This document shows positions 1-17,603 of a stretch of 64,000 bases of DNA, piece after piece. This DNA is from the human T2T-CHM13v2.0 reference genome, Homo sapiens: contig CP086569.2 of the NCBI GenBank assembly GCA_009914755.4, positions 7,168,001 through 7,232,000 of the forward strand, in the 5' to 3' direction. Under the pieces are notes generated by a model, which saw only the letters and a program-made list of their open reading frames with translations, did not search any database and had not been told where the DNA came from. Position 1 is the stretch's first letter, and the number at the start of each line of letters is the position of its first letter. The position numbers and the translations under genes were made by a program.

Positions 1-143
1 CTGATTGTGATGGCAGGTTCCTGCAATCCCAGCTACTTGGGAGGCTGAGGCAGGAGAATCACTTGAGCCTGGGAGATGGGGTTGTGGTGAGCTGAGATCA
101 TACCACTGCACTCCAGTCTGGGCAACAGAGTGAAACCCTGTCT

Positions 144-188
<45 letters not shown>
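1..188 (+). mobile_element. Alu SINE, right portion, truncated by the window start, ending in a poly(A) tail of about 58 bp
   Basis: Matches the Alu right-arm consensus (gcaatcccagctacttgggaggctgaggcaggagaatcacttgagcctgggag...cactgcactccagtctgggcaacagagtgaaaccctgtctc), followed by an A-run at 129-188. Confidence 0.9.
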
Positions 189-191
<3 letters not shown>

Positions 192-194
192 AAG

Positions 195-900
195 AAAAAG
201 AAAATGAAATAACACAGGGAGATCCCTTGTACTCTTTACTTTTCCCCCAGGGGTAATGTCTTGCAAAACTGTTACCAAAAAGGAGTCTCAATCCAGACCC
301 CCAAGAGAGGATTCTTGGATCTTGTGCAAGAAAGAATTCAAGACAAATCCATAAAATGACAGCAAGTTGATTAAGAAAGTGAAAGAATAAAAGAATGGGT
401 ATTCCATAGGCGGAGCAGCCCCGAGGGCTGCTGGTTGGCTACTTTTATGGTTATTTCCTTATTATATGGTAAGCAAGGGGTGGATTATTCATGAGTTTTC
501 TGGGAAAGGGGTGGGCAATTCCCAGAACTGAGGGTTTCTCCCCTTTTTAGACCATACAGGGTAACTTCCAGACGTTGCCATGGCATCTGTAAACTCTCGT
601 GGTGCTAGTGGAAGTGGCTTTTAGCAGCTAATGCATTATAATTAGTGTATAATGAGCAGTGAGGACAATCAGAAGTCACTCTTGTCACCATCTTGGTTTT
701 AGTGTGTTTTGGCTGGCTTCTTTACCACAAACTGTTTTATCAGCAAGGTCTTTATGACCTGTATCTTGTGCCGACCTCCTATCTCATCCTGTGATTAAGA
801 AAGCCTAACCTGGGAATGCAGCCCAGCATGTCTCAGCATCGTGTTACCCAGCCCCTATTCAAGATAAAGTCACTCTGGTTTGAAGGGCTCTGATAAAACT
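195..900. repeat. Probable ERV-type solo LTR-like repeat, family not recognised
   Basis: LTR-like sequence texture (for example accatcttggttttagtgtgttttggctggcttctttaccacaaactgttttatcagcaaggtctttatgacctgtatcttgtgcc). It does not match Alu, L1 or MaLR consensus sequences that I can recall. The classification is uncertain. Confidence 0.3.
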
Positions 901-1187
901 ACAGTACAATCTCACACCAGGATATTGACCTCGGTACAGTCAAGGGACAGAACATTTCCATCACCACAAGATCTACCATGTTGTCCTTCCAATATAACCA
1001 CATACACTGCCATGCTTGATGACAGGCTTTAGGACCCAATGAATGAGGCAAAAAATCCCACTTCTCAGAGCCAGCTGAGCTCAGATAAATGTTTGCAAGA
1101 GATTGCTCCAACACTTGTGCTTATAGGGGATGGCATTGACTTTGGGTTTGATATCTGTCTTAGTTTGGGCTGCTACAACAAAAGGCC

Positions 1188-1570
1188 TTAGCCTATAATA
1201 TGGTTTGGCTGTGTCCCCACCCAACTCTCATCTTGAATTGGAGCTCCCACAATTCCCAGGTGTCATGGGAAGGAGTCGGTGGGGCAGGAGGTAATTGAAT
1301 CATGTGGCTGGTTCTTTCCTGTGCTGTTCTCATGGTAGTGAATAAGTCTCACAACTTCTGATAGTTTTCTAAGGAGGAGTTTCCCTGTTCAATCTTACTT
1401 CTTGTCTGTGGCCAAGTAAGATATCCCTTGATCTTTCATCATGATTGTGAGGCCTCCTCAGCCATGTGGAGCTTTGAGTCAATTAAACCTCTTTCCTTCA
1501 TAAATTACCTAGTTTTGGGTATGCCTTTATTAGCAGCATGAGAGCAGACTAATACAGCCTGAGTGGCTTA
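1188..1570 (+). mobile_element. MaLR LTR, THE1/MST-like, solo
   Basis: Starts with atggtttggctgtgtccccacccaactctcatcttgaattggagctcccacaattcccagg. Contains gtgaataagtctcac and catgattgtgaggcctcctcagccatgtggagc. Ends with tattagcagcatgagagcagactaatacagc, the canonical THE1/MST LTR start and end motifs. Confidence 0.75.
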
Positions 1571-2350
1571 CAAACAACAGGCATTTATTGCTCACAGCTC
1601 TGGAGGCTGGAAGTCCAAGGTCAAGGCATGGCAAATTTAGTGTCTGGTGAGGACTCACTCTCTGCTTCCAAGATTGTGCTTTCTTGCTGCATCTTTACAC
1701 TGTGGAAGGGAGTCTCTTTTATAAGGGCACTAATCCCATTCATAAGGCTGGAGTCCTCATGATTTAACCCTTTCTCGTAGGCTTCACCTTTCTGTACTAT
1801 CATATTGCAGATTTGTATTAGTCAGGATTCTCTAGAGGGACAGATAGATGTGGTTATGAAAGGAGTTTATTAAAAAGTGTTGACTTACATGATCACAAGG
1901 TGAAGTCCCACAAAAGGCCATCTGCAAGCGGAGGAGCAAAAGAGCCAGTTCGAGTCCCAAAACCCCCAAAAGTAGGTAGCCAATGGTGCAGCCTTGAGTC
2001 TGTTCCCAAAGGCCTGAAAGTGCCTGGCAAACCACTCGTGTAAGTCCAGGAGTCCAAAAGCTGAAGAACTTGGAGTCTGATGTTTGAGGGCAGGTAGCAT
2101 CCAGTACCATAGAAAGATGGAGGCTGGAAGACTCAGCCAGTCTAGTCTTTCCTTGTTCCTCTGCCTGCTTTTATTCCGGCTGTGCTGGCAGCTGATTAAA
2201 TTGTGCCCACCCAGATTGAGGGTGAGTCTGCTCTCCCAGTCCACTGACTCAAATATTAATCTCTTTTGGCGATGCCCTCACAGTCACACCCAGAACAATG
2301 GTTTGCATCCTTCAATCCAATCAAGTTGACACTCACTATTAACCATCACA
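1571..2350 (+). mobile_element. MaLR LTR, MLT1-like
   Basis: Carries the MLT1 hallmark (ggcttacaaacaacaggcatttattgctcacagctctggaggctggaagtccaaggtcaaggc) and the downstream segment 'tataagggcactaatcccattcataagg'. The 3' boundary is loose. Confidence 0.5.
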
Positions 2351-3659
2351 GGATTCAATTGCAACATGTGCATTTGGAAGAGGACACAGACATTCAGACT
2401 GTAGCAATATCACTGCAGGAATGTTCAATCGCTTCCTTTTCCCTTTATCAGTCAGAGAACAAGGGGATCTGGAAGGCTACAGAGCTTGACATGCAAGGCA
2501 GCAAAACACCCCCAAGGTACAACACACTCATGAGCTCCATTACCTTATGGGCCACAAGCCCTGTGGACCTAGAGCTGGTGGTGGTAGGCAGGTTATCATG
2601 AAGAGCTTGTCTTCCCTCTTAGATTCCATAATCAAGGCTTGGCTTACACCTCTTGGGTTGTGCAAGATGCAGCAGTGGAAATTAGCTGGGACCAGGGGTG
2701 TTCAATGTCTTTGGAGTAAGAGCTCCAGTCTTGAAGGGGTGGAGGGTGTGGGGGCCTCATATGTTCACTTGAATGTGGATCTGTTTGGTGAGTGGGATCT
2801 GCAGCAGCAGCAAACACAGAATGTGCAGGAGAAGCATGGATATGATGTCACCAAAGGGGCTGGCACCAACCATGTGCTTACGGATTCATTCTAAAGCCAC
2901 CTGCATGCTGGAGCCCTTTCTTTGGTGTGAATTGCTCATGTCTGGGGTATGTGCCTTAGGGCTGGCTCTGTCTTCAGGAATATCCCCACTCCACATTTAG
3001 CTTCTCTATGTATCCCTCAGGCTGCCACCATTCTCCATGTGACAGTTGTCACAGCCTGGGCCATGCCATTGCTTAGCTCATTTCTGGAGAAGTCAAATGA
3101 AAGCATTGGCCCTTCACTTTCATTCCTGAGGAGGACAGATGAATTTTAGTGCAGATTTTCTGATGCTCTAATAACTCAGAGATGTTCATGAATCAGCACA
3201 ACATTCCTACTGGAGAGGTTGCTTTGTATTTGAAGGATCACTTCTCAATTCAGTGACATTTTTCTTCGGGTCCATCCTGCATATTTGCAACAGGTCCGGC
3301 CCAGAGGGGAAATGGAAAGAAGTCAGGATCCAGAACAGTAAGGTCTGCAGATGTCTGGGCAGTTTGCTGGAACACAACTGGGGTTATATCTGCAAATGCT
3401 AGGTAAGAGCTATCCCTCTGGCCAAGCTCAACCAAAGTGCCTGAGCTTGGTCTCTCATGGTTCAGCACAGGTGCACATCCAAGCACTGGTAGAATGGTGA
3501 CGTTTTACCCCTTTTCCACCAATTCCTGGAATTGGGATAATTCTAAGAATTTTTTATTCAAACATTGGGGCTTATACTCACCAATCTTTGTTTATCCTTC
3601 CTCCTACCCACATGCCCTTTCTAGCCTCTGACATCTGTCATATTGCTCTCTATCTCCAT

Positions 3660-3725
3660 GGGGTCATTTTTTTTCTTTTCTTTCTTTCTCTTTTTCTTTC
3701 TTTCTTCTATTTTTTTTTTTTTTTT
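3660..3725. repeat. T-rich / (TTTC)n simple repeat that merges into the Alu tail
   Basis: ttttttttcttttctttctttctctttttctttctttcttctatttttttttttttttttttttt. Confidence 0.85.
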
Positions 3726-3830
3726 TTTTTTTGAGACAGGATCTTGCTCTGTCACCCAGGCTGGAGGGCAGTGGGATGATCACTGCTCACTGCAACCCTT
3801 CACTTCTCCAAGGCTTAGGTGATCCTCCCA
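3711..3830 (-). mobile_element. Alu fragment, 3' half only
   Basis: The poly-T run followed by gagacaggatcttgctctgtcacccaggctggagggcagtgg...gcaaccc is the reverse complement of the Alu right arm. Confidence 0.85.
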
Positions 3831-3911
3831 TGATGAGGTCAATTTTTAAAGCTACTACATAAGAGTAAAAACAAGAACCACCTGTCTTGCAGAGTGGGGT
3901 GACTATAGTTA

Positions 3912-4272
<361 letters not shown>

Positions 4273-4949
4273 AAGAAATTAAAAATACTACACATGATGG
4301 ATACCCCAAATAATCCAATTTAATCATTATACATCAATTAAAAAAATCAAAAAAATTTGAACTTGGCTTTTCAAACATGAAAAACATGTGAGCCTTGAAC
4401 CCTTTTATTGACTTTGTTTCTTGTAACCTTGCAGAGCCCATCTACACACAGCAAAATATCTCACAATGAATTCCCATCCACAGCCTCAGCAATGGGCTGG
4501 TGTGTCCCCAGAGAATGTCAGCTGATTGGACAGCAGTCTGCAGGAGAAGGTGAATCCCCTAATTTGGAAGGAACTGAAGCATGAAAAGATGCTGAGATCA
4601 CAATGAAAACAGACAAAGTCTTCTGGGGATGAAATGTTAAAAAGGGGAGATGTGCAAGGAACACAGTTAGGAAGAATAAGTTCAGGAGATCTGTTATACA
4701 ACATGGGGATGATAGTTAATAACAATGCATGGTACATTTGGGGATTGCTAAAGGAACACCTTGTAAAGATTTCCACCCTTCCTCTTGAATGATAAGTATG
4801 AAATGTGACGGATATATTTCTTAGCTTGATGTAGCTGTTCCACCGTGTGTGCATATATCAAAACATCACGTTGTATCCCATAAATGTATATCGTTTAAAT
4901 TTGTTAATTAAAATAATAAATAATAAAGAACAATGGGATTTTTGAAATA

Positions 4950-5530
4950 ATCAAGTGTATTTGTAAATATATGGGTATATATGTATATGTACTTATGTAT
5001 TTGTAAATTACATGTATGTATACTTACATGAATATATCAGTATAAACACACATGTACATACATATGGACAAATACATATATGTGTATAATGTGTGTACAT
5101 ACATATTTATAAATATGCATGCAAATATATTTATATAAGTATATAAACATGTAAGTATTAACATATGTACATGTTTATGTGCAAATATACATGTGTAAAT
5201 ATGTATCTATGTAAACATATGTATTTCAGAATATATTGATACATTATCTTAAGTATATATACACATATACTTACAAATACTCATGTCTAAATGTGCAAAT
5301 ATATATGTATTTGTAAATATATGTATATACACTTATATAGCATATAAACATACAAGTATATATACCTATATACTTAGAAATACACATGTGTAGATACGTA
5401 CACATACCTATATACTTGTAAACATATGTATATATACTTAAATGATCATATAAACATATGACTATATATACACTTATGCACATATATATTTACAAATACA
5501 TGCGTGTGTCTGTGTATACATATTTGTGTG
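4950..5530. repeat. AT-rich complex simple-repeat / low-complexity tract, (TATG/TACA/TATA)n-like
   Basis: About 580 bp of imperfect tgtatatacatatgtacat-type repeats. The ORF at 5271-5483 (YIVICLYDHLSIYTYVYKY...) is a translation artefact of this tract. Confidence 0.85.
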
Positions 5531-6202
5531 TACACACACCCATATTTGTTGAAATAACCAAATAACCCAAAGGATTACTTGAATCAAAAAAGCAATTCAG
5601 AGTCCAGGAGATAATTCCAAGCTCCAAGAAGTTCTGACATGGCAAATATGAAAATGAGTTTCAAAGCCACAGAACAAAGGAGGTGGTGTCGCCAAAACTT
5701 TTACTCAATGCCCCTAAGGGCTGTTTGGAGAGGGCAGGGCTTAGCCATATTTAAACAAACAATGGTTGATTATTTTCTCAGATCCTTCACAGAATTTCTT
5801 TCTTCAAGTCAAAGAGTACAAGTAAAAGCCAATACACAACACTCGGGAAAAATATGGGAGCCCCCAAAACAAAGAAAAATCCTTTAAATAGCCAGACAAG
5901 TGGCCCCCAGACATCCTTCATGACCTGAACAAGACAAACCAGCAGGGTTGGGAGGGCCCTGGGAACAATGGGAAAAGGTCTTCAGAGCCCTCAGGGGGAA
6001 TTCCTAACTGTGGACAGCTCTACACTGAGCTCAGCAATTCCGGAGTAAGCAGGCAATAAATGCACCGTTTTTGAGCCAGAACGTTTTCCACTTACTTCGA
6101 CTCACTATTGGAACTACTCAAAGATGCTCTATAGGGAGAGAGGTACCAAAGCTGGAGGAAGGCAGAAGATGCAGGAAATACGGGGCATCCATGGAATCAA
6201 CC

Positions 6203-6870
<668 letters not shown>

Positions 6871-6884
6871 AACGGGGTAATACA

Positions 6885-7250
6885 CAACCTAAACGCCCAT
6901 CAATGATAGACTGAATTCAGAACGAGATCATGTCCTTTGTGGGATCATGGAGGCCATTATCCTTAGCAAACTAACGCAGAAACAGAAAACAAAATACTGC
7001 ATGCTCTTACTTACAAGTGGAGCTAAGTGATGAGAACTCCTGGACACATAGAGGGGAACAACGGACACTAGGTCCTTTTGGTGGGTGAAGAGTGGGAGGA
7101 GGGAGAGGATCAGGAAAAACAACTAATGGCTACCAGGCTTAGTACCTGGGTGACAACAAATCCCTATGACACAAGTTTGCCTATATAGCAAACCTGCACT
7201 TGTACACCTGTACTTAAAATACAAGTTAAGTAATAAAAAAAATTACTGGT
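6885..7250 (+). mobile_element. L1 3'-end fragment (ORF2 C-terminus plus 3'UTR), internally deleted
   Basis: gcccatcaatgatagactg..., atcatgtcctttgtgggatcatggag, aaatactgcatgctcttacttacaagtggagctaa and ggctaccaggcttagtacctgggtgacaa...aacctgcacttgtacacctgtacttaaaatac followed by an A-tail. These are canonical L1 3'-terminal motifs. Confidence 0.75.
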
Positions 7251-7289
7251 CATCGAAAAATAGAGGAACCAGAGTTAAATCAAAACTAG

Positions 7290-7487
<198 letters not shown>

Positions 7488-8025
7488 TAAAAGGAAAGTG
7501 GACCTAAAATTAAAGGTCACAATAGCTTGTAGGAGAGAAATGCAATGGTCAGAGCTAAAACAAGTTATTTCTTTTTTTGGGAGGAGAGTATAAATATTTG
7601 CTTTATTTTATTTCCTGTGAATGTTGCTATGCATGTGAAATTTATTGCCAGTAAGTAAAATAATAAAAACTGAAAACAGCTTTCTCAAAAAGGAAAAAAA
7701 CTTAAAAAAACCCTCAGGTATCAGAAAATAGAAATTATCAAAACAAAGAAAGTGAAAGGTTAATAGAATGTACAAAATTGAACACAAGAAATACATTGTA
7801 AAACTGTTATCAACTGTAATAAATAGAAATCATATGAAAATCTATCTTAGAAGACAAGAACTCTCAGATGAGATTGAAAAAAATCTAGGTCTTTGCTGTT
7901 TGCAAAAGTCTGAAATGCAGAACACAAAAAGGCCAAGATCAAAGGTATGGAGAAAAAATAACATAGATAAGTAAATTTAACATTTCTGTAGTTTGGTTAA
8001 CAAGAAGCAGAAAAGAAAGGAAAAA

Positions 8026-8265
<240 letters not shown>

Positions 8266-8504
8266 GAAGGTTGTGGTTACGTTATAAAAAATTTTGTCAA
8301 AAATAATTATAAAATCCTGAACTTTATAAAATTATAAAATAAGATTATAAAAAATGCTGAAATTTTTTTCAGCTAGTACCATAGTATCCAAGTTCATAAA
8401 ACAACATTTGGGAGAATTAGAACACATTATCAAGTCCAGAGCCTCATCTTCTGCAGATCTCTGCCTATGGGGAGCTAGCTTTCAAAAAAATGAGAAAACT
8501 TGTA

Positions 8505-8556
<52 letters not shown>

Positions 8557-8562
8557 CACATG
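8505..8562. repeat. (TG)n dinucleotide microsatellite, about 25-28 units
   Basis: A perfect tgtgtg... run that ends with a tgcgtgcacatgc interruption. The ORF at 8354-8575 ends in CVCVCVCV, a translation artefact. Confidence 0.95.
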
Positions 8563-9108
8563 CATTTGCAGCTAAACTTAAATTCCTTCCTGTATTTATC
8601 TTCCTAAATTAATGTAATATTCTTGAATACCTGCAGCTTGTCCATATCTCCTCAAATTCCTATTTTGAAACATTAACTCCAAAGGTACTAGGAGGTGAGG
8701 CATGGGGAAGTGATGAGGTCATGAGCATGGAGCCTCATGAGTGGGATCAGTGCCCTCATAAAATGCACCCCAGAGAGCTCCCTCACTCCTTCTACCATTT
8801 GAAGACACAGTGAGAAGGTGCCATCTATGAACCAGGAAGCCCTCACCAGACACTGAAACTGCCACACCTTGGTCTTGGACTTCCAGCCTCCAGAACTGTG
8901 AGCGATAAAAGTCTGTTGTTTATAAGCCCTGACTGTGGTATTCTCTTACAGCAGCCTGAAATGGACTAAGACAGCCTTCCTCTGTGCTTCAGAAGAGGAA
9001 AAAGTTAAGTCTAATTATTGTAAAGATTAATATTTCAGATGCAGTATAAACTGAATAAAGCTTGTGTTTATTTTTCTGATTGACTTTTTGGATAATCCTT
9101 GAAAATCT

Positions 9109-9126
9109 AAAGGACTTGCTATGCTA
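9109..9126. repeat. Target-site duplication (5' copy) of the L1 insertion at 9127-11730
   Basis: aaaggacttgctatgcta is repeated exactly at 11731-11748. Confidence 0.85.
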
Positions 9127-11730
<2,604 letters not shown>

Positions 11731-11748
11731 AAAGGACTTGCTATGCTA
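11731..11748. repeat. Target-site duplication (3' copy) of the L1 insertion
   Basis: aaaggacttgctatgcta, identical to 9109-9126. Confidence 0.85.
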
Positions 11749-12884
11749 AGTAAAGCCTGTGGTTGGGGTAATGGGAAACTGATACTACTCCAAGTTTCAT
11801 CTTAGTGCTATGAAATATTGATACCGTAGGCACTCTACAAAACGTGGGCTCAATTAAGAAAGATTTTTGCAAGTGTCTAAACAAAGTAGGAGACAGAGGA
11901 TTTCTATCATCAATGCATTTTTAGAGAACTGTGTGACATAGTTTCAGGGATGACCACCAGGACATTGGAAAAAGGGTTGCGTCAATTAAAATGTTTCACC
12001 CACTGGCCGCTTTGAAAATGAAAGCTACCAGAGGAAAAGAAAAATACAGACCCAAATCAAAACCAGATGTATGCAGCTTTGAGGATTTCTCAGCCCTTCG
12101 TTTTCTCTCCATTTTATTTCACATGTCTTGTAAAATGGATGTGACTTCTGGAAAGGACTTTGCGTAGCAAGGTCCCTCCTTCTTTTGGGAAAACCCAGTT
12201 AAATAGGCAAATAAACAAACTGCCTAATGATGACTCAGTAGGGGCAGATTGAACTATACTGTTTGTTCAAGGAAATGTCTGGAAGAAATTAGACAAATTG
12301 ATTTGTTTCTAAGTAATACCCATTCAGGCAGTAGCTTAAGAGAAATTTATGCATCCCCCCTAACCCCTGCACAAATTCTTCTCTGTCTTAGACAGTCCCA
12401 CCCAGTGTAAATCTTTAACCCAGTCAGCAAGCCCTAGAATTTTATACATTTGACACTTTTGTGAGCTATTTAGCTCACCCTGTCTTTCCATTGTTCTAGA
12501 AGATGGCTTGCTGGATATATAGCAATATATCCACTCTATAAAAATCATTAATCGAATTAGACATCAGCAGGGGACATCTTATGCTCGTTTGATTTCTTTT
12601 TATGCTTCTGGGCATACATACTTATGTAACATTTGTTTTGAAAATCAAATTAAATGAAAGGATACTGTAGTTTCTACAGGCAAGAAAGTACTTTAGACAA
12701 ACCCTGAGCAGCACACATTCAGATTCAACTCTGGGGTTTGACACTTACCTTTGTAATTTCAGCTTTCTCACCTGTAAAACCAACAACAAGAAAGAGAATG
12801 CATTGGCTTGCTATGAGGATTCCATGAAAAAAATATAAAGAAATAAAGCACCCAGCCCTCTGAAGAAATGTTTGCTCTTTCAGT

Positions 12885-12912
12885 TTGTGCAAAAACAAAC
12901 AAACAAACAAAC
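12885..12912. repeat. (CAAA)n microsatellite
   Basis: caaaaacaaacaaacaaacaaacaa. Confidence 0.8.
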
Positions 12913-15900
12913 AATCATGCAAAAGAAGCTTCCTTTTAAAATAGTCCTCATATTATGATCTACCTGATATGCTCCAATTTTCTTAGCTCTGAGGAAAGGT
13001 GACATAATTTATAAGATGCTTTCTTTAAAAGCAAAGTAATCCAATGATACACTCATACAGTGTCATCATTTTAGCTTTGCTTTTAATAAAAGGCAAACAG
13101 AATTTTGCCTTGTTTTAATGACATTGCTTTGATGTTATTATCTTTGTTAGTCAAAGTCCATTGCCCAGGGTGACCCCATTTTCATAACAATAAAAACATT
13201 TTAATGGTACTATAAAGCCAGAAACCAAAGTGAATACATTATAGAGTTGATGTTACCTAGTCTCTTGAGGGAAATCCAGTTTAGCCACAACCCTTGTAAA
13301 TAAGAAACATATCTTGTTTGGGGATGCTAGAAAATTATGACCACCATATTTATTTTACCTCATGTGAACTTCCAACATGTCCTTCAGTTTAGAAAGAACT
13401 TAAAAAAATACACACATTGAAAGAAAACAATGATGAAATACAAACATAGTAAACTTGTGGTCAGAAGTTTTTCTCAGAATCTTCATTAGAATTCACCAAA
13501 AGAAATTCTGTTCACCTAATTTAGAAAGGGATTGGTTAATATTCCCAAATTATAGATTAGTTGGTGGTTTGTAAGAATGCTTCAGATATTAGATGATTTA
13601 CTGTTATATTCATGAATCTGTTGATGAAATAGTGACACTCCATTTGCAGAAATTGAGTTTAATTTTACAGGGTGCCATAACAAAATCTGAAAAACCTTGG
13701 CATTTCTCAAAGCAAAGCATAAAAAGGAATAACTGTCTGATTGATTCCATTGCATCTTTCCTGAGGAGTAAAACTGTTTTGCAAGAAATTCTTCTTTAAA
13801 CGTATCTAAGATGATTTTGTTTTCCCCTTTTTTCTATCATATTTTAGAAATTGTGCTGCATAATTTCACTATTTCAGTTACAGGAACTTAGCTTGATCTG
13901 TGTGTTGCTGTTGCTGAGAAGCTACAGAGATGCTGAACTTCCCCATACCCTGCAGCCAAGGTGTTGCAACAGCCCAGAGGAATTTGTTCTAATCCTACTT
14001 GCTGTTGGAGTCACTGAACTTTTCTTTCCCTGGCACCTAGCAATTGCTCTATAGAGGCAATTTCCATTACCACACCGTCAAATGCACCAACATCCACTGA
14101 AACATAAAGTACATTCCATGGTGGCATATTAATACATATTGACCTTGGCAGTCCATCTGATTCCATCATCAAATCCAACACGGAGGAAAAGGAAGAACCA
14201 GTTTTCTGACTGCAAACCCCAGCAACAAAGTAGCAGGAAGTTAGAGAAAAAGGAACTATTCCTTTGCTAAGTTCCCATTTTAATTTGGTGTTCCAGGAAC
14301 TCTGAGCTTTCTATTTATTGCCTGCATATCCATGAAATAAGGCACATGTTGAGTAGAAGATGAAATGTGTGATAGCCTTGAGCCATTTATGCTTAGCGTT
14401 CCAATAATGGAACATGTGGGATTATTTACATCCTACTGCTCATGTCGTCGCCAAGGTCTGATTGCAAAAATTCAAAATATTTCAACCTCAAGCTTAAAGG
14501 GGTTAAGGTTTGGGGTTTTTCTTTGGAAGTGGCCAGCTCATCTCTGCTGTTACATGTTTTATTGAGTTTATTTGCATGTGTGAGAACCTACCAAGGCTCT
14601 AAATGCAAACACGATCTCCCATCACACTAGAGGAACAAGATGGATATTTGCAAATGGTAAATAATTATTTCTTGATTATTATTGTGTGGTGAGCAGAGAA
14701 CACAGTTAAGTCTTGATTTTCACCAGAGCTTTGCCCTGATATATTCTTTCTCCCTCAGCACAAAACCCTGACTTTGCAACCCTAGGACTCTTCAGAGTCT
14801 TTTCTTTCAGGTTTTAAATTTATTTTCTAAATTAATTCTTTAAAATTGATATATCATAGTTGTACATATTTCACAGGTAAATGGGATATTTTGATACAGG
14901 AATATGATGTGTAATGATCAAATCAGAATGATTGGGATGCCAAGAACCTCACACAACTATCTTTTCTTTCTGTTGGGAGTATTTGAATTCTTCTTTTCCA
15001 GCTATTTTGAAATATTCAATAAATTATTGTTAACTCTACTTTCTCCAGTGTACTGTTGGACACTAGAACTTATTCCTTCTATCTAGCAGAATTTTCTTAT
15101 GTTACTATGCCTGCATCCCACCTACATTATGAGATACGTAAAATATTCTTTTCGAGGGACTGGATTGGTCTTGGGTGAGTTTACAAAGCCTGTTCTAAAA
15201 TCCAGTCATCCAAGTTACTGGTCAACATATTTAATGATCCAGGAGTGAGGTCGTTTAAGTTATCCTGAGGTGTTTATACAGACAGAACCCACAAACAGGG
15301 CTTCATTACAAACTCAATAAGGGATCTAAACTGTCTAGATAGAACCAGGCATTCATTTGCTCATACGTTTGCCTATAACATACTTAGAAATACCCTGCTT
15401 TAATGTACATTTAAACATAGAGACAAGAAATAGATTAGTGCTTTGCAGGTGTTGCAGAGAGAGGAGGATGGGGAGTGACTGTTTAACAGGTACAGCATTG
15501 GGGTGATCAAAATGTTCTGAAACCAGATAATGGTGATGGGTGCATCATGTTGTACAGGCATCAAGTGCTGGTGAATTGTACAATTTAAAATGGCTATGAT
15601 AGTATTATGGGTTGAATTGGAACTCCCACCAAATTTATATAGTAAACTCTCAATCTCCTGTGCCTAAGGATATGACCTTATTTGGAAATACAGCTATTAT
15701 AGATATAACTAAGTTATACTGGAGCATGGTGAGCACCTAATTTAATCTGACTGATGTCCTTAGAAAAGAGGGAAACTTGGACACAGAGAAACATGTACCC
15801 AGGGAGAACACCATGTGAAGGTGAAGGCAGACACTAGGGTGGGTGATGATCTATAAACCAACAGATAGATACCAAGGATTTCCAGCAGGCTCTGGAAGCT

Positions 15901-16876
15901 GAGAGAGAGGCATGGAACAGATTCCCCTTTACAGCCTCCAGAAGGATTCTCCCCCAGAGCCTCTGAAGTGAGCATAATCCTGCTACAACCTTGATTTCAG
16001 ACATCTGGCCTCTAGAACTGCAAGATAATCGATTTGTATTGTTTAAAGCCACTCAATTCGTGGCTCTGTGTTATGACATCCTTAGGAAACTAATACAGCC
16101 AGTAAAACTAATAACATTTCTTCACTGATGGATGTGAAAGGGAAGAGTGAATATTGATTCCATGTATTTGCCCAGAGAATGGGGAAGGGTAGAAGGGAGA
16201 CATTTTCAAAAGTAGGCCAGGGGTTTAGTTCTTGACATGCTGAATTGGAGATGTCCATGCACAAGGATGTAAATGATGTGTCCACTAAGCCCCCAAGTGG
16301 AGGTGTTGAAGTGGGTGGTTGAATATAGGCAAATCTGGAGATTGGCAGAGGAATCAAAGTTAATGATATGAATTTGTGGGTTGTTGGCCGATGAAGATAT
16401 TTAAAGACATGAGATTACATAGTTCCCCTAAGGAGTAGCAAAGATATAAAAGAACAGGCTGAGCCTAGGACTCCTCAAGAGTAGGATGACATTGAGGAGA
16501 TTTGGGAGAGGAGACTGAAGGTGTGTAAATTGTATTAGTAGAAAAGCAAGAAGAGTCAGTGTCCTGAAATGAAATGAACACAAAACCAAAAAAGAGAGAG
16601 GGACCCATTGTGTGGGGTAACGTATTATCTCCATTTGCCTGGGACTAATGGGGTTCCCAAAACACAAGACTAAAGCCGGGACAGTTACGGGTATACCAGG
16701 ATGGGTGGTCCTCCAACCAGTGTGTCCACGGTCACTTAGAGGTTGCTCAAGTAAGATGCAGTATAAGAACAGATCACTGACTTTCTCCAAAATAGAGTTA
16801 CTGGGTGTACTTGACTTCAGTAATTGATCTCATGCAACAGAGATATCACACAGACAGGACTTCAATCTCCCCAGTT

Positions 16877-16922
16877 TCTAGGAGAGAGAGAGAGAGTGAG
16901 AGAGAGAGAGAGAGAGAGAGAT
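16877..16922. repeat. (GA)n microsatellite
   Basis: gagagagagagagagtgagagagagagagagagagagag. Confidence 0.9.
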
Positions 16923-17283
16923 AACTAAACTCAGTTTTACAACCAGCTAACAAGTCTGCTCTGAAGATAACTAACTCCCTTCTGCCATAAAGACAATCCA
17001 TCTATGAAGGCAGAGCCCTCAAGATCTAATTATCTCCTATTGTGCCCAACTTTCCAACACCTGCACTTTGGATGAAGTTTCCAACACACGAATTTATGGG
17101 GATGGATTCGAACAATAGAACAGGTTTTTATAATTTATAAACCACTTTCACATGCAAAACTATATATCCTTCACTTGAAAGCTGAGGAGATGTAAAAAAA
17201 TTAGAGAAGTAAATAAACTATCACTTTTGCAGAGGTTTTTTTGCATCCTTAAAAGTAGAGAAATTGAATTCTTCATGGTGTCT

Positions 17284-17603
17284 TTTCTTTTTTTTTTATT
17301 TTTCTTTCTTTTTCTTGTTTTTGAGACAGAGTCTTGCTCTGTTGCCCAGGCTGGAGTGGTGCGATCTCAGCTCACTGCAAGCTCCACCTCCCGGGTTCAT
17401 GCCATTCTCCTGCCTCAGCCTCCTGAGTAGCTGGGACTACAGGTGCCTGCCACCATGCCCGAAATTTTTTTTTTTTTTGTATTTTTAGCAGAGGCGGGGT
17501 TTCACCATGTTAGCCAGGATGGTCTCGATCTTCTGACCTCGTGATCCACCCGCCTCGGCCTCCCAAAGTGTTGGGATTACAGGCGTGAGCCGCCGTGACT
17601 GGC
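17284..17603 (-). mobile_element. AluY-like SINE, full length, with a 15-bp TSD
   Basis: Reverse-complement Alu (ggccagtcacggcggctcacgcctgtaatcccaacactttgggaggccgaggcgggtggatcacgaggtcagaag... on the minus strand) with many CpGs retained. The flanks atggtgtcttttctt lie on both sides, at about 17271-17285 and 17605-17619. Confidence 0.95.

Noticed and set aside
195-900. Possible ERV LTR upstream of the first THE1 LTR, considered as a promoter or regulatory element
   Set aside because: I could not match it confidently to any LTR family from memory, and there are no clear TG...CA termini or TSD. It is kept only as a low-confidence repeat feature and not called a regulatory element.
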